From: Candidatus Poribacteria bacterium
GTDB lineage: Bacteria; Poribacteria; WGA-4E; JAJDTR01
Assembly: GCA_965232235.1 (NCBI GenBank)
Contig: OZ246960.1
Location: forward strand, 3,948,479 to 4,012,478
Direction of reading: 5' to 3'
Length of the DNA stretch: 64,000 bases
Position 1 is the first letter of the stretch. Every line of letters begins with the position of its first letter. This document shows, piece after piece, positions 44,828 through 55,811 of this stretch. The notes beneath the pieces are model-generated. The model saw nothing but the letters and a program-made list of their open reading frames with translations. It ran no database searches and was not told the origin of the DNA. Made by a program: the position numbers and the translations under genes.

Positions 44828-46003
44828 ATGAGAGACGCCGGACGCAAACAATTGAGTCATTACATCATACTCGTTGTCATTGGGATTGCAGTCATCGCCT
44901 ATCTCATGCCAATTTACTGGATTGTCGCTACGTCCCTAAAGGCACCGGGCGACATTGTGACGAAAATACCCAAGTTTCTGTTTCGGTTGACGTTCGACAA
45001 TTATCGGAAATTGATGCCGGCTGAAGTACCTGGAACGGCTTATGTTTTCCTGATCCAAGCGTTGGTTGGCGCTCTCCTCTTCGCGCTGCCGGCGCGGGTG
45101 TGGTCTAAATATCGGGCGACCGCCATCGGAATCGGACGGCACGCCGCATTGTTGCTGAACTGTCTACTGGCTCTCACCTGCCTCGACATTGTCATATTTA
45201 CAATGAACTTCCATTTCTTGTTGTTGGCAGTTTATGTAGGAACCGCGTACTGGTTAATTTCCAAAACCGTGGCAAAAGAGCGGCACATGCGATTCTGTTT
45301 CGTCAATGTATCGGTATTTGCACTGGTTGCCATTTGTATATCTCTGGCTGACGGTGGATCAAAGTATTTTCACCAGTTGCTAAACAGTCTCATTGTCGGC
45401 GTCGGCAGTACCATCCTCGCGGTTGGTCTTGGAACATTTACCGCTTATGCATTTTCGCGATTCAAAGTAGCGGGCGAACAGGATCTGCTCTTTTTCATTC
45501 TCAGTACACGTATGCTGCCGCCAGTGGTCGTGGTAATCCCTATCTATTTGATGTACAGTGCACTTGGGTTGCGCGACACACACGCCGGGCTTATCTTACT
45601 GTATACCACTTTCAATGTGTCCTTTGCCGTGTGGTTAATGAAGGGTTTCATTGATGAAATCCCGAAAGAGTACGAAGATGCGGCTCTCGTCGACGGTTAC
45701 ACCCGCTTCCAAACATTCATCAAGGTAGTTCTTCCTCAATCCGTAACCGGGATTGCCGCGACCGCTGTATTCTGTCTCATCACCGCATGGAATGAATTTG
45801 CATTTGCGCTAGTCTTGACGGAGGTGGGTGGCAGGGCTGTGACAGCGCCGCCGTCAATTACGAGCGCAACAGGATCTGGCGGCGTGGATTGGGGTAAAAT
45901 TGCGGCGGCGACATTTGTATTTCTATTGCCGGTTGCCGTGTTTACGTTCTTGATGAGAAAACATCTCTTACGCGGTGTCACCTTCGGAGCAGTGAAGAAG
46001 TAG
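44828..46003 (+). CDS. carbohydrate ABC transporter permease (MalG/UgpE-like) with an extra membrane insertion
   Basis: The EAA-loop region reads YEDAALVDGYTRFQTFIKVVLPQ. It is ~100 aa longer than typical MalG-like permeases. The start is taken 5 nt after the upstream stop. Confidence 0.8.
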   Translation: MRDAGRKQLSHYIILVVIGIAVIAYLMPIYWIVATSLKAPGDIVTKIPKFLFRLTFDNYRKLMPAEVPGTAYVFLIQALVGALLFALPARVWSKYRATAIGIGRHAALLLNCLLALTCLDIVIFTMNFHFLLLAVYVGTAYWLISKTVAKERHMRFCFVNVSVFALVAICISLADGGSKYFHQLLNSLIVGVGSTILAVGLGTFTAYAFSRFKVAGEQDLLFFILSTRMLPPVVVVIPIYLMYSALGLRDTHAGLILLYTTFNVSFAVWLMKGFIDEIPKEYEDAALVDGYTRFQTFIKVVLPQSVTGIAATAVFCLITAWNEFAFALVLTEVGGRAVTAPPSITSATGSGGVDWGKIAAATFVFLLPVAVFTFLMRKHLLRGVTFGAVKK

Positions 46004-46065
46004 ACATCTTGGTAATCGGTTAATCACCGTTTTACTTTTTCATCTAAAAGCATGTCGGACCTAGT

Positions 46066-47178
46066 ATGGCATCAATAAAGCTGGAAAACCTGACAAAGCG
46101 CTTCGGCGGCGTTACCGCGCTTGACAACATCAATCTCGACGTCGCCGATCAGGAATTTTTCGTGCTACTTGGCCAAACGGGTGCGGGCAAAACCACCGCA
46201 TTACGCTGTGTCGCAGGGCTCGAGCGCCCCGACGAAGGCGAAATATTTTTCGATAGTCGACGAATTGATAATCTTACACCTGCCGAACGAGATGTCGCCT
46301 TTGTGTTTCAATCCCACATTCTCTATCCGCATCTCACTGTCTACGAAAACATGGCCTTCCCATTACATCCACGCAAACTCCCCGCTGGTGAAATTGAGAA
46401 GCGCGTTAAGGAGGTTGCCGGCATGTTGCACATCGAACCTCTTTTGGAGCGAAAACCCGGTCAATTGAGTGGAGGTGAAACGCAGCGCGTCGGGCTGGGG
46501 AGAGCCATGGTTCGCCGTCCGAGATTGTTCTTGATGGACGAACCGATTTCCAATCTGGATGCGAAACTTCGCAGCGAGATGCGCGCCGAAATCAAGTGGA
46601 GACATCGACAGTTGGGCACGACGATGATGTACGTTACTCATGACCAGATTGAAGCGATGTCGATGGCGGATCGAGTGGCTGTGCTAGACGAGGGGCGTAT
46701 TCAGCAGATCGGCAAACCGATGGACATTTACAACTCTCCTGCCAATATTTTTGTTGCCGGTTTTGTCGGCAATCCGAGCATGAACCTGCTGCCATGCGAC
46801 CTCTTTGCCGATGGAAATCGGTTAAACGGGAGGTTGACAGGTAGCGTACAATTTGAGATAACGGATGCCAATACTGTTCACGAATTAACAAAATCGGCAG
46901 ATGTGCGTGTCGTTCTCGGCGTAAGACCCGAGGATGTGATTGTGGGCAAAGAAGCGATGCCCGATGCCACAGCCTTGGAAGTCTACAGTTTTGAACCATT
47001 GGGGGCGGAGACGATTGTTGAACTGATAATTGGAATAAATGAGCACGGAGGCAATCTCATGCTTAGAGCGCGAGCGTCCGCTGCACTCAGGGTCGAAATT
47101 GGGCAAACGGTAAACATGGCGTTTGTGCCCGAGAGACTCCATTTCTTCGACCCCGACACCGGGTACGCAATCTGTTAA
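46066..47178 (+). CDS. carbohydrate ABC transporter ATP-binding protein (MalK/UgpC-like)
   Basis: Walker A is GQTGAGKTT. The signature is LSGGETQRV. Walker B is LFLMDEP. A C-terminal regulatory/TOBE-like domain follows. Confidence 0.9.
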   Translation: MASIKLENLTKRFGGVTALDNINLDVADQEFFVLLGQTGAGKTTALRCVAGLERPDEGEIFFDSRRIDNLTPAERDVAFVFQSHILYPHLTVYENMAFPLHPRKLPAGEIEKRVKEVAGMLHIEPLLERKPGQLSGGETQRVGLGRAMVRRPRLFLMDEPISNLDAKLRSEMRAEIKWRHRQLGTTMMYVTHDQIEAMSMADRVAVLDEGRIQQIGKPMDIYNSPANIFVAGFVGNPSMNLLPCDLFADGNRLNGRLTGSVQFEITDANTVHELTKSADVRVVLGVRPEDVIVGKEAMPDATALEVYSFEPLGAETIVELIIGINEHGGNLMLRARASAALRVEIGQTVNMAFVPERLHFFDPDTGYAIC

Positions 47179-47441
47179 GTGTCAATCGTAGTAAGTCTTA
47201 ATGCACCATTGGACCTAATCCCAATTCGCGGAATGGGCCTCCACCCGTTGCAAACATCTGATAGTTTCCTTTCAATTTATTGGTCAAACTTCTATAGACA
47301 TTTGTAGTCTAATCAAATCATTGCTTCTGTGTAGGAAGGGAGTGAGTTCACATCCGCAGTTTATTACGCCTCAAGAAATACATTGCCCGCCATAAATTTG
47401 CAGTAATTATCAGCCTAATTTCCGTTCTCATCACGAATGCC

Positions 47442-49094
47442 TTGCTGCTAATCAGCCCCAAAATCTTAAAGTGGACCATTGACGATCTAGAAAAGTCCAT
47501 CACCCCTCGAAAAATCTTGCTTTATGCTCTTCTAATCTTCGGAGTTGCACTGGTTGGCGGAGTCATACGATTTGCGCAACGGAAGACCATCCAGAGTGTT
47601 GCCAGAAGAACCGAATGCTACCTGCGCAGCGATTTCTTTTCACATTTGCAGACACTCTCGGCAAGCTACTACAACCGCGTTCAAACGGGGGATTTGATGG
47701 CGCGGGCAACGAGCGATATGAATGCTGTTCGAATGATGTTGAGTTCATCAATCTCATTTACGCTTGACGCCATTGTGTTTTTTGGTTTCGCTCTGATTAT
47801 CATGTTGGATATCGATGTCACCCTAACATTATATGCACTACTCCCTTATCCGGTACTTGCGGTATTGATCCGAGAACTGGGCACGCGAATTCATAAAAGT
47901 CATGAGAAAATCCAAGAAGGATTCTCGGATATGAATACGGCGGTGCAGGAGAACTTAACAGGCGTGCGCGTGGTAAAAGCATACACGCTTGAGGACGCTC
48001 AGAAAACGCGATTCCAACAATTCAACGAGACCTTTGTAAGCCGGAATCGGAAGCAAATACGACTGATCGCGTTCTTTTTTCCGGTATTTAGTTTTCTGCC
48101 CGGGATTGGCGGTGTTGTCCTTCTATGGTTAGGCGGAATGCGTGTCGCTGACGGTCGGATTACGCTCGGTGATTTTGTATCCTTTGGCGCTTATTTGACA
48201 ATGCTGATACGTCCGATGATTATGCTTGGGTTTGTGGTGAACTCGTTCGAACGAGGCGCCGCCTCCATGAAACGCATTGCACGGATTCTTGATGAAAAAC
48301 CGGACATAGTCGATAACGAAAGTGTCAACCGGGGCATCCAGACAATTCAAGGGGCAATCGAGTTGCGACACCTTAGTTTCACCTATCAAGACGGAACGCA
48401 CGTTCTAAAGGACATTAACCTCAAGATTGAACCCGGTATGACGGTTGCTATCGTTGGACCAACCGGTTGCGGCAAGACAACGCTTGTAAACTTAATTCCA
48501 CGGATTTATAAAACCGACCGTGGAACAGTCTTCGTTGATGGAGTAGACATTCAAGATATTCCCCTTAACGTGCTTCGCTCACACATCGGAGTAGTGTCAC
48601 AGGAACCGTACCTTTTCGCCGATTTTTTGCGTAGCAACATAGCGTTTGGTAATGAAGACGCGGGCGAGGTTAATATCAGGGAGGCCGCCCACGCCGCCGA
48701 TCTGTTAGAACAAATAGAGGAGTTTCCGGATGGATTGGAGACGTTCTTGGGCGAGCGCGGCATCACAATTTCGGGTGGACAGAAACAGCGCACAGCGTTG
48801 GCTCGCGCTATACTGATTAACCCGCGCATCCTAATTCTGGATGATTCTTTTGCAAGCGTTGACACGCACACTGAGGACACTATCTTGGCACGTCTCGGGG
48901 GAATCATGGCCGATCGGACGACACTCATCATTTCGCATCGGATTTCGACGGTCAAAGCAGCGGATCTCATCATCGTTTTGAATGACGGTCAAATTGTGGA
49001 GCGTGGAACTCATGAAGAATTGATAGCGCATAACGGCATTTACGCGGGAATTCATGAGAGACAGTTGCTGCAAGAGGAACTGGAAGGACTTTGA
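47442..49094 (+). CDS. ABC exporter, fused permease/ATPase (MsbA-like half-transporter)
   Basis: Transmembrane domain followed by NBD (GPTGCGKTT, ISGGQKQR, LILDDSFAS). The annotated start is a TTG. The in-frame upstream extension (RLKKYIARHKFAVIISLISVLITNA) has no ATG or GTG, so the true N-terminus is uncertain. Confidence 0.8.
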   Translation: MLLISPKILKWTIDDLEKSITPRKILLYALLIFGVALVGGVIRFAQRKTIQSVARRTECYLRSDFFSHLQTLSASYYNRVQTGDLMARATSDMNAVRMMLSSSISFTLDAIVFFGFALIIMLDIDVTLTLYALLPYPVLAVLIRELGTRIHKSHEKIQEGFSDMNTAVQENLTGVRVVKAYTLEDAQKTRFQQFNETFVSRNRKQIRLIAFFFPVFSFLPGIGGVVLLWLGGMRVADGRITLGDFVSFGAYLTMLIRPMIMLGFVVNSFERGAASMKRIARILDEKPDIVDNESVNRGIQTIQGAIELRHLSFTYQDGTHVLKDINLKIEPGMTVAIVGPTGCGKTTLVNLIPRIYKTDRGTVFVDGVDIQDIPLNVLRSHIGVVSQEPYLFADFLRSNIAFGNEDAGEVNIREAAHAADLLEQIEEFPDGLETFLGERGITISGGQKQRTALARAILINPRILILDDSFASVDTHTEDTILARLGGIMADRTTLIISHRISTVKAADLIIVLNDGQIVERGTHEELIAHNGIYAGIHERQLLQEELEGL

Positions 49095-49157
49095 GGAGCC
49101 CTGGACCTTCGGCTCACTTACGATTGATAATAACAGTATTCATACGGAGGATTAACC

Positions 49158-50960
49158 GTGTTTGGCATGGGCGGTCAGCTACACGAATATAGCGAAGAGG
49201 AACAGGACCTTGGCAAGATCTATGATAGCGTGCTGATGAGGCGGTTGGTTGCCTATATGAAGCCGTATCGTGTCGAGGTTGTGTTGCTAGTGTTTCTCGT
49301 GGTCGGTGTAATGCTCGCCCAGTTGGCGATACCGTATCTTCTAAAAATTGCGATTGATCGGCACATCCAGCCGCGAGATCTGGACGGTTTGCAGTTTATC
49401 GCCCTTTTCATGATTACGGCCATGGTTGCGGAACTGGTGTTCAGGTATGTGAATGAATATAGGATGCAGATGCTTGGACAACGAATCATGCATGACATTC
49501 GGGCGCAAATCTTCTCCCATCTGCAACGGCTTGATGTAAATTACTTCGATCGAAACCCCGTTGGGCGATTGATGACCCGCGTGATGGGCGATGTTCAGGT
49601 TCTAAACGAACTTTTCACATCAGGCGTAATCACGATTTTTGCGAATTTTTTGACTGTAATTGGCATCATGGTAATGATGCTGATGTTGAATTGGAAACTC
49701 GCACTAGTGACCTTGACGGTTCTGCCTATCATTTTCACCGCAACGACAATTTATCAAATCTACTCCCGCCGAGCGTTTCGAGATCAACGCAAACATCTCG
49801 CCCGGATTAACGCCTTCCTGAACGAACACATCCTCGGGATGACAACAGTGCAACTCTTCGCGCAGGAACGGCGTAGTTACCTCAAATTCGATGAGCGGAA
49901 CCAGGCATATTTGCGCGCAAACCTAAAGACTGCTGTCTATTTTTCAATGTTTTTCCCGCTCATTGAAGTGGTAGGATCACTCGCAACTGCGATAATCGTG
50001 TGGTACGGCGGGGGCCAGATTCTTCAAAACACCCTTTCTTTCGGGGTACTCGTTGCCTTCATTCAATACGCGCAACGTTTCTTCTGGCCCATCCGTGAAT
50101 TGAGCGAACAGTACACGATTTTTCAAACCGCTATGGCATCTTCCGAGCGAATTTTTGAACTGTTGGATACGGAACCGACTATCGTTGATTCCGCTACTCC
50201 CAGGAGAATCAACCAATTCACCGGTCAAATCGAACTCCAAAATGTCCGATTCGCTTATCAAAGGGATGATTTTGTGCTGCATGATGTTTCCTTCAAGGTG
50301 GAGCCGGGCGAAAAGGTCGCCATTGTTGGGCAGACGGGTTCAGGCAAAACGACAATCATTAATCTCCTATGCCGCTTTTATGAACCCAACGAGGGCACAA
50401 TCATGATTGATGGAGCGGACATCAAGGAAATGCGTCTGAAAGACTTGCGGCGTGCCATTAGTATCGTGCAGCAAAATATCTTCCTGTTTTCCGACAGCGT
50501 TGAGGAAAACATTCGGCTTGGGAACAGGGACATTACCCGTGAACATGTGATTGCAGCGGCAACAGAGGTACACCTCGACAAATTCGTGCAGAGAATGGCA
50601 GACGGCTATGACACAAGAATTCAGGAAGGCGGAAGCGGCTTGTCAGTCGGGCAGAAGCAGTTGGTCGCTTTTGCGCGTGCGTTGGCTTCCAATCCTGATA
50701 TTCTGATTCTCGACGAAGCGACATCAAGCGTTGATACCGAAACGGAACTCCTAATCCAAGATGCGTTAAGCCGCCTTATGAGAAATCGCACGTCGATTGT
50801 GATTGCCCATCGACTTTCGACCATTCAGAACGCCGACAAAATTATTGTAATGCATAAGGGAAGGATTCGTGAAATGGGAACGCATAATGAGCTTCTACAA
50901 AAGCGAGGTGTCTATTATCGGCTTTATCAACTTCAGTATAAGGGACAAGAAGTCGGTTAG
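49158..50960 (+). CDS. ABC exporter, fused permease/ATPase (partner half-transporter)
   Basis: GTG start with GGAGG 7 nt upstream. NBD motifs are GQTGSGKTT, LSVGQKQL, and LILDEATS. Confidence 0.85.
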   Translation: MFGMGGQLHEYSEEEQDLGKIYDSVLMRRLVAYMKPYRVEVVLLVFLVVGVMLAQLAIPYLLKIAIDRHIQPRDLDGLQFIALFMITAMVAELVFRYVNEYRMQMLGQRIMHDIRAQIFSHLQRLDVNYFDRNPVGRLMTRVMGDVQVLNELFTSGVITIFANFLTVIGIMVMMLMLNWKLALVTLTVLPIIFTATTIYQIYSRRAFRDQRKHLARINAFLNEHILGMTTVQLFAQERRSYLKFDERNQAYLRANLKTAVYFSMFFPLIEVVGSLATAIIVWYGGGQILQNTLSFGVLVAFIQYAQRFFWPIRELSEQYTIFQTAMASSERIFELLDTEPTIVDSATPRRINQFTGQIELQNVRFAYQRDDFVLHDVSFKVEPGEKVAIVGQTGSGKTTIINLLCRFYEPNEGTIMIDGADIKEMRLKDLRRAISIVQQNIFLFSDSVEENIRLGNRDITREHVIAAATEVHLDKFVQRMADGYDTRIQEGGSGLSVGQKQLVAFARALASNPDILILDEATSSVDTETELLIQDALSRLMRNRTSIVIAHRLSTIQNADKIIVMHKGRIREMGTHNELLQKRGVYYRLYQLQYKGQEVG

Positions 50961-51529
50961 TTTTTTCCCATCAACGGGTGTGCCCGCTTGCGCAGTCCCA
51001 TCGCCATTACGACCAAGAGCCTACCGTAGTGCATGAGCAATTATCTTTTTAGTGCGGCTGCAGACGGAGGGCTTAATAATACCGGTGTTTGTTTGTTCCG
51101 TAGCCAGTCGATGAGGAATTGCACAGTGAGGTATATCTTGTGGACAAATTCTGCACTGATGCGTTCAGTTGTTTAACACATTCTACGCGAAAACCGCAAA
51201 TTCCGTTCTACTTCCCTCTGGGCTGCGCTGTCGGACAGTTTGGCATAGGATTTGCGCCGTAAAGGACCGAGTTGGTCATTGAGGTGAGGAAATAGCAAAG
51301 TTATTGAGGCAAATCGGGAATGTACGAGTTGCCCTAAAAGATCGCAGTTTCCCGTCGACCTTGGATATTGCGCTGTACCTGGCGACGACCAAATTAACAC
51401 ATTCCCGATTCGTAGGTTGATGGCTGCCTTGAAATTATCAAGCGAATCTGATAAAATCTCTCTTCACAAGAGAGATTGGTGGGAACGGACATTTGTGGGC
51501 GTGTATTCGAAAGCGGTTGAGGTCTTACA

Positions 51530-53560
51530 ATGATTCGTCAATCTAGGAAGACACGTGCAATTCGCGCGCTTCTCGTTTCGTCGGTAGTCCATCTCTGCCT
51601 CATGATTGCGTTGACATTTCTGATTTACAATAGCGAGACGGGAGAATTTGACGACGCAATCGATGTCGAATTTCTCGACAAAGAGAGTCTCCAGAAGCCT
51701 CGCCGGAAGTTGCTTAAACCCCCTCTTACTAAACAGTTGCTGGTAACGCGCAAATCCCCATCCTTGACGACAGATCAACCTCGATCTGTTAAATTGCGTG
51801 CGACCTCAAATCCCATTACCGAAACGGTGCGCCCGCTACCGGATTCAGTGTTGCGGAACACCACTACGAATCCAGATAATCCGCTCGATTTGCTGCCTGA
51901 GGTTATGACGAATACGCGGCGCATCAACAGCCGCGAAACACCAATTCCCCAGTCTGTTGCGAGTAGATTTCAGGAAGATTATGGGGACGGCGTACAGAGC
52001 TACCGTCAACGGGTACGCGGTGACGAATCCAACGGACTTCATTCCGTTGAGTCAACGGGTGCATCGGATGTTGGGCCGGTCAGCGATCAACCGGGCACGG
52101 GCGAAGGCGGAACCAGAGGTAAGATTTACGCGAACAACCCATTTGCCCATGCACTTAAACACATCGCCGACCACGTGATAAGCACTCGAGAAACGGACAG
52201 GGTCAACGTGGTATTTGTGATTGATACTAGTGCGAGTATGCGGGACAACATTCAACAGGTTGCCAACCACCTCAACGTCATGACTGATGAATTCGATAGA
52301 ATCAATCTGGAATATCATCTTGGAATGTCCGAATTCAGCGTCCGGCGCGATGGTCAACGCATAAAGACAAATTCGCTAAGACCGGATGTAGGGCTAATCC
52401 GTAGAAATATGCAAAGCGCGCGCCTTAGCGGTGATGAGCATGCCCTTGATGCGCTTGTCGATACTCTAAATTTTATGGAATTTCACCCCGATGCGGACAA
52501 GCACTTGGTATTAGTCACAGACGAGCCCGCCACAACAACTATGGCGTTGAACAACGGCGCCGAAGAAATGCGCACGAGGATAATTCGCGATTGTGTGAGC
52601 CAAGAAATTCATGCTAACGTACTAGGCTTCATCGAGCCGTTCCAAAAGCGACTGGCCGAGGAAACGGGCGGACTTTGGCAAGAAATCCCCGGAGGATTGT
52701 CCCAAGTAACATCTCTCCCCTCATCCCGTATCGACAATGAAAAGCTCCTCAAGATTTTTCGCGACATTGTCAAGGACATGCGACAAAACAGTCGAGTCCC
52801 AGTGTTTAGCATGGACGCAGAATTACAGCACGATTTGGATGCAACCGGCAACTCAATCTCGAAAAACGTTCTGCGTAGGTTCAAGAAATTTAAAAGACCT
52901 CTTTCCCCGACCGCATTCATTCAAAGAAAGAAGGAGGGGCATGATTGGTTTATCCTTGACGGTCAGAATTACTATACGGTAAAAAAAGTAAACGACCAAC
53001 TGAATGTATATTTGGGCCACCATGTAGAATCACGCTCAAATGAAAGTACGGTGGACGTGATAATCATGTTGGATTACAGCCGCAGCATGGGAGGTAAATC
53101 AGAGGCTGTGATGCTCGGCATCAGTACATTCATAGGTCGGCTAAATCTTCTCCCAATTTCTTATAAAATTCAACTCATCCGTTTTGCCGAAGCGAAAGAC
53201 GCAATCAAGTCGGTCAATGGGACTGTTGTTACTAAGGGTTTTCTTTCGGAATCCGAAATCAAGACATTCTTGGAAGCTCCTTTCGGCGGGGACGAGCATT
53301 TGATTGACGCTATTGTGGAGGGGCTGCCGAAGATTTCGTTTCGCCCAAATACGGCTCGAGTCCTTCTTGTTTTGACGGATGAGCCAAGCACTGGTAGCCT
53401 TACGGAAGATCGGGCAATTGAGGTTTGTCAATCACTCGGAATACAGGCGTACGTGGTTGGTCACCCTACCGACGCCTTCCAACTCGCTCTTGCCGAGCAA
53501 ACCGGTGGTCGTCTGTTCACAATGTCGAATCATCTGAACAAGAGATATCCGTACCAATGA
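51530..53560 (+). CDS. membrane-anchored protein with two von Willebrand factor A (VWA) domains
   Basis: GAGG RBS. The N-terminal TM helix is ALLVSSVVHLCLMIALTFLIY. Two MIDAS DxSxS motifs are present (VVFVIDTSASM and IIMLDYSRSMGG). Confidence 0.75.
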   Translation: MIRQSRKTRAIRALLVSSVVHLCLMIALTFLIYNSETGEFDDAIDVEFLDKESLQKPRRKLLKPPLTKQLLVTRKSPSLTTDQPRSVKLRATSNPITETVRPLPDSVLRNTTTNPDNPLDLLPEVMTNTRRINSRETPIPQSVASRFQEDYGDGVQSYRQRVRGDESNGLHSVESTGASDVGPVSDQPGTGEGGTRGKIYANNPFAHALKHIADHVISTRETDRVNVVFVIDTSASMRDNIQQVANHLNVMTDEFDRINLEYHLGMSEFSVRRDGQRIKTNSLRPDVGLIRRNMQSARLSGDEHALDALVDTLNFMEFHPDADKHLVLVTDEPATTTMALNNGAEEMRTRIIRDCVSQEIHANVLGFIEPFQKRLAEETGGLWQEIPGGLSQVTSLPSSRIDNEKLLKIFRDIVKDMRQNSRVPVFSMDAELQHDLDATGNSISKNVLRRFKKFKRPLSPTAFIQRKKEGHDWFILDGQNYYTVKKVNDQLNVYLGHHVESRSNESTVDVIIMLDYSRSMGGKSEAVMLGISTFIGRLNLLPISYKIQLIRFAEAKDAIKSVNGTVVTKGFLSESEIKTFLEAPFGGDEHLIDAIVEGLPKISFRPNTARVLLVLTDEPSTGSLTEDRAIEVCQSLGIQAYVVGHPTDAFQLALAEQTGGRLFTMSNHLNKRYPYQ

Positions 53561-53623
53561 TATGAAATGTGTTATACTTGAAACGTCATTAACCAAAATT
53601 CAGATCTTGTTAGACAGGAGAGT

Positions 53624-54151
53624 TTGATGTCGGAAAAATCGTCAGCAAGCACCGAACAGCATCGAGAGGCGGCGGCAGAGCAGGGGCCTGTCAAAGCCGC
53701 AATCGTAACTGTGAGTGATACGCGTACACCGGAAACGGACAAGAACGCCGTTTATCTGCGTGAACAGTTGGCTAACGACGGAAACAGCGTGACCGCTTAT
53801 CGTATTATCAAGGATGAACCGGATCAGGTAGAGGCAGTCTTGGATGAAATGGTGCAGACAGACGCACGCGTTATTCTCTTTAACGGCGGTACCGGAATCG
53901 CACCTCGCGACACGACTTTCGATGTGTTAAGCCGCAAGCTCGAGAAAACCTTGCCCGGTTTTGGGGAACTTTTCCGCGTATTTAGTTATGATCAGGTCGG
54001 CGCGGCGGCGATACTTTCACGTGCTACGGCGGGAGTGTATCGTGAGAAGATAATCATCTCAACGCCGGGTTCAAGCGCAGCGGTGCAATTGGCATGGGAA
54101 AAACTCATTGGCCCGGAGCTGCAACACCTTGCATGGGAGGTGGGACGATAA
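53624..54151 (+). CDS. MoaB/MogA-family molybdopterin-related protein
   Basis: GGTG motif region [14 protein letters not shown]. Size and fold match MoaB/MogA. Confidence 0.8.
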   Translation: MMSEKSSASTEQHREAAAEQGPVKAAIVTVSDTRTPETDKNAVYLREQLANDGNSVTAYRIIKDEPDQVEAVLDEMVQTDARVILFNGGTGIAPRDTTFDVLSRKLEKTLPGFGELFRVFSYDQVGAAAILSRATAGVYREKIIISTPGSSAAVQLAWEKLIGPELQHLAWEVGR

Positions 54152-54201
54152 AGGGCGGACGCTAGGATAGGCGATGTCACGAGGCTGCAGATTCACATGC
54201 A

Positions 54202-54690
54202 CTAATTTCGTGCGTGTTCATAGCGAACGAGTTCTAGTCCCCCGCATGTATCGGCGCGGCTCCGCCCAACTTCAATGAACCCGCATGCACGGTACATTCG
54301 ATGGGCAGGTTGAAAAAACGGGTGATTTGCAGTTGTCACCTTGACGATAAGAGCTTCGGACGACAACTCATCAAGCGCCATTTGGACCTGTTCCTTCCCA
54401 TACCCTTTGCCACTGTGAAGCGGCGCAATGCAGTTGTGACCAATCGATCCAACGTTAACTCCTTCCAAGAACCAAGATACAAACCCAATCGGCTCATCTG
54501 CAAGGGTGCTTATCGCTACGTTTCCGCTCGAATCTGTGTCATCAAAAAGGTTGTCGTCGGTCTTCTGCCAATTAGCCTCGAATTCGTGTCTGCAATCGGG
54601 CTTTGCATCCAACAAACTCGAATAACTTTCGCAGAGTAATTGGTAGACGAGATCTTTGTCAAATAGGTCAATCGGTTTGAATTTAATCAT
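54202..54690 (-). CDS. GNAT family N-acetyltransferase
   Basis: Motif A reads IAPLHSGKGYGKEQVQMAL. The C-terminal YRACGF segment is present. Confidence 0.7.
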   Translation of the reverse strand: MIKFKPIDLFDKDLVYQLLCESYSSLLDAKPDCRHEFEANWQKTDDNLFDDTDSSGNVAISTLADEPIGFVSWFLEGVNVGSIGHNCIAPLHSGKGYGKEQVQMALDELSSEALIVKVTTANHPFFQPAHRMYRACGFIEVGRSRADTCGGLELVRYEHARN

Positions 54691-54714
54691 TTGAAATGGA
54701 ACCGTGGCGGACTT

Positions 54715-55767
54715 CTATCGCGATGCCTCCCACCGGTCCCGGTGCATAGCCAGTTTTTCTTGGAAATCCTGCCGATCCAAGACCTCTCTATTGACAATAT
54801 TATCCGGAATTTCACCTCGTGAAACCTGAATGACTCGTTGGCAGTTAGTGCGACCAATGTCTTGGTAGCATTCGTCGGTCATGGCAATGGCGTGCGGCGT
54901 GAGTATGACGTTATCGAGTGCAATCAGCGGATCGTCTACGTCAACCGGTTCCTCTTCAAACACATCAATTCCAGCCCCTCGAATGCGCTTCGATTTCAGC
55001 GCTTCGGTCAACGCTGGCTGATCGACTATGGGACCGCGTGCAGTATTGATGATGAAGGCACTGGATTTCATAAGTCCGAATTCCCGCGCACCGATTAGTC
55101 CACGAGTCTCGTCGGTGAGCGGACAGCAGACACACACGTAATCTGATTCTACCAGCAGGGACCGCAAGTCGGTAACTTCTACGTTCAACGTCTTGGCAAG
55201 TTCGATTGAAGCGTAGGGATCATACGCCAAGAAACGCATGCCGAACGGCTGAAGCAGGCGAAACAGTTCGCCTCCAATATTGCCAATTCCGACAGAACCT
55301 AGCGTACGCCCGCCAAGTTCCACGCCCATTTGTATTGTATCTCGCCATTCTCCGGCCCGAACGGCTCTATCCCTCGCGATCACGTGCTTCGACAGCGCAA
55401 ACATCAAAGCGATAATCCCTTCCGCCACGGGGTGCCGCATACCGAGCGGTGTAATCGTTATCATCACATTTGCTTCGGTTGCCGCTCGCAGATCGAAGTT
55501 ATCGTAACCCACGCCATGTCTTGCGATCAGGGTCAGACGGTCTGCGCCTTCAAACGTCTCGGTCGTGTAAACACCGCTAAACGCGATGAACGCGTCCAGC
55601 CCACGCATCTCCCCGGGGGGAACGAAGGGCCGATCGGTTTTGGTGAAGTGATGTTCGATATGCGGCTCTTTCTCAAGTAGATCAAGTCCAATGTCCTTGA
55701 AGCGCAATCTGCCCCCAGAGTCCAAAAAGCCGGGAGCCAACCCGACACGGAATTTTTCCGTTTCCAT
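54715..55767 (-). CDS. D-isomer-specific 2-hydroxyacid dehydrogenase family protein
   Basis: The NAD site is GGRTLGSVGIGNIGGE. The catalytic region is TARGPIVDQ...GAGIDVFEEEP. The start is moved to METEKF with GGAGAG 8 nt upstream. Confidence 0.85.
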   Translation of the reverse strand: METEKFRVGLAPGFLDSGGRLRFKDIGLDLLEKEPHIEHHFTKTDRPFVPPGEMRGLDAFIAFSGVYTTETFEGADRLTLIARHGVGYDNFDLRAATEANVMITITPLGMRHPVAEGIIALMFALSKHVIARDRAVRAGEWRDTIQMGVELGGRTLGSVGIGNIGGELFRLLQPFGMRFLAYDPYASIELAKTLNVEVTDLRSLLVESDYVCVCCPLTDETRGLIGAREFGLMKSSAFIINTARGPIVDQPALTEALKSKRIRGAGIDVFEEEPVDVDDPLIALDNVILTPHAIAMTDECYQDIGRTNCQRVIQVSRGEIPDNIVNREVLDRQDFQEKLAMHRDRWEASR

Positions 55768-55811
55768 AGCCGCTTCTCTCCATGCAAGCACGACAGTTTA
55801 ACTGCGGTCAA

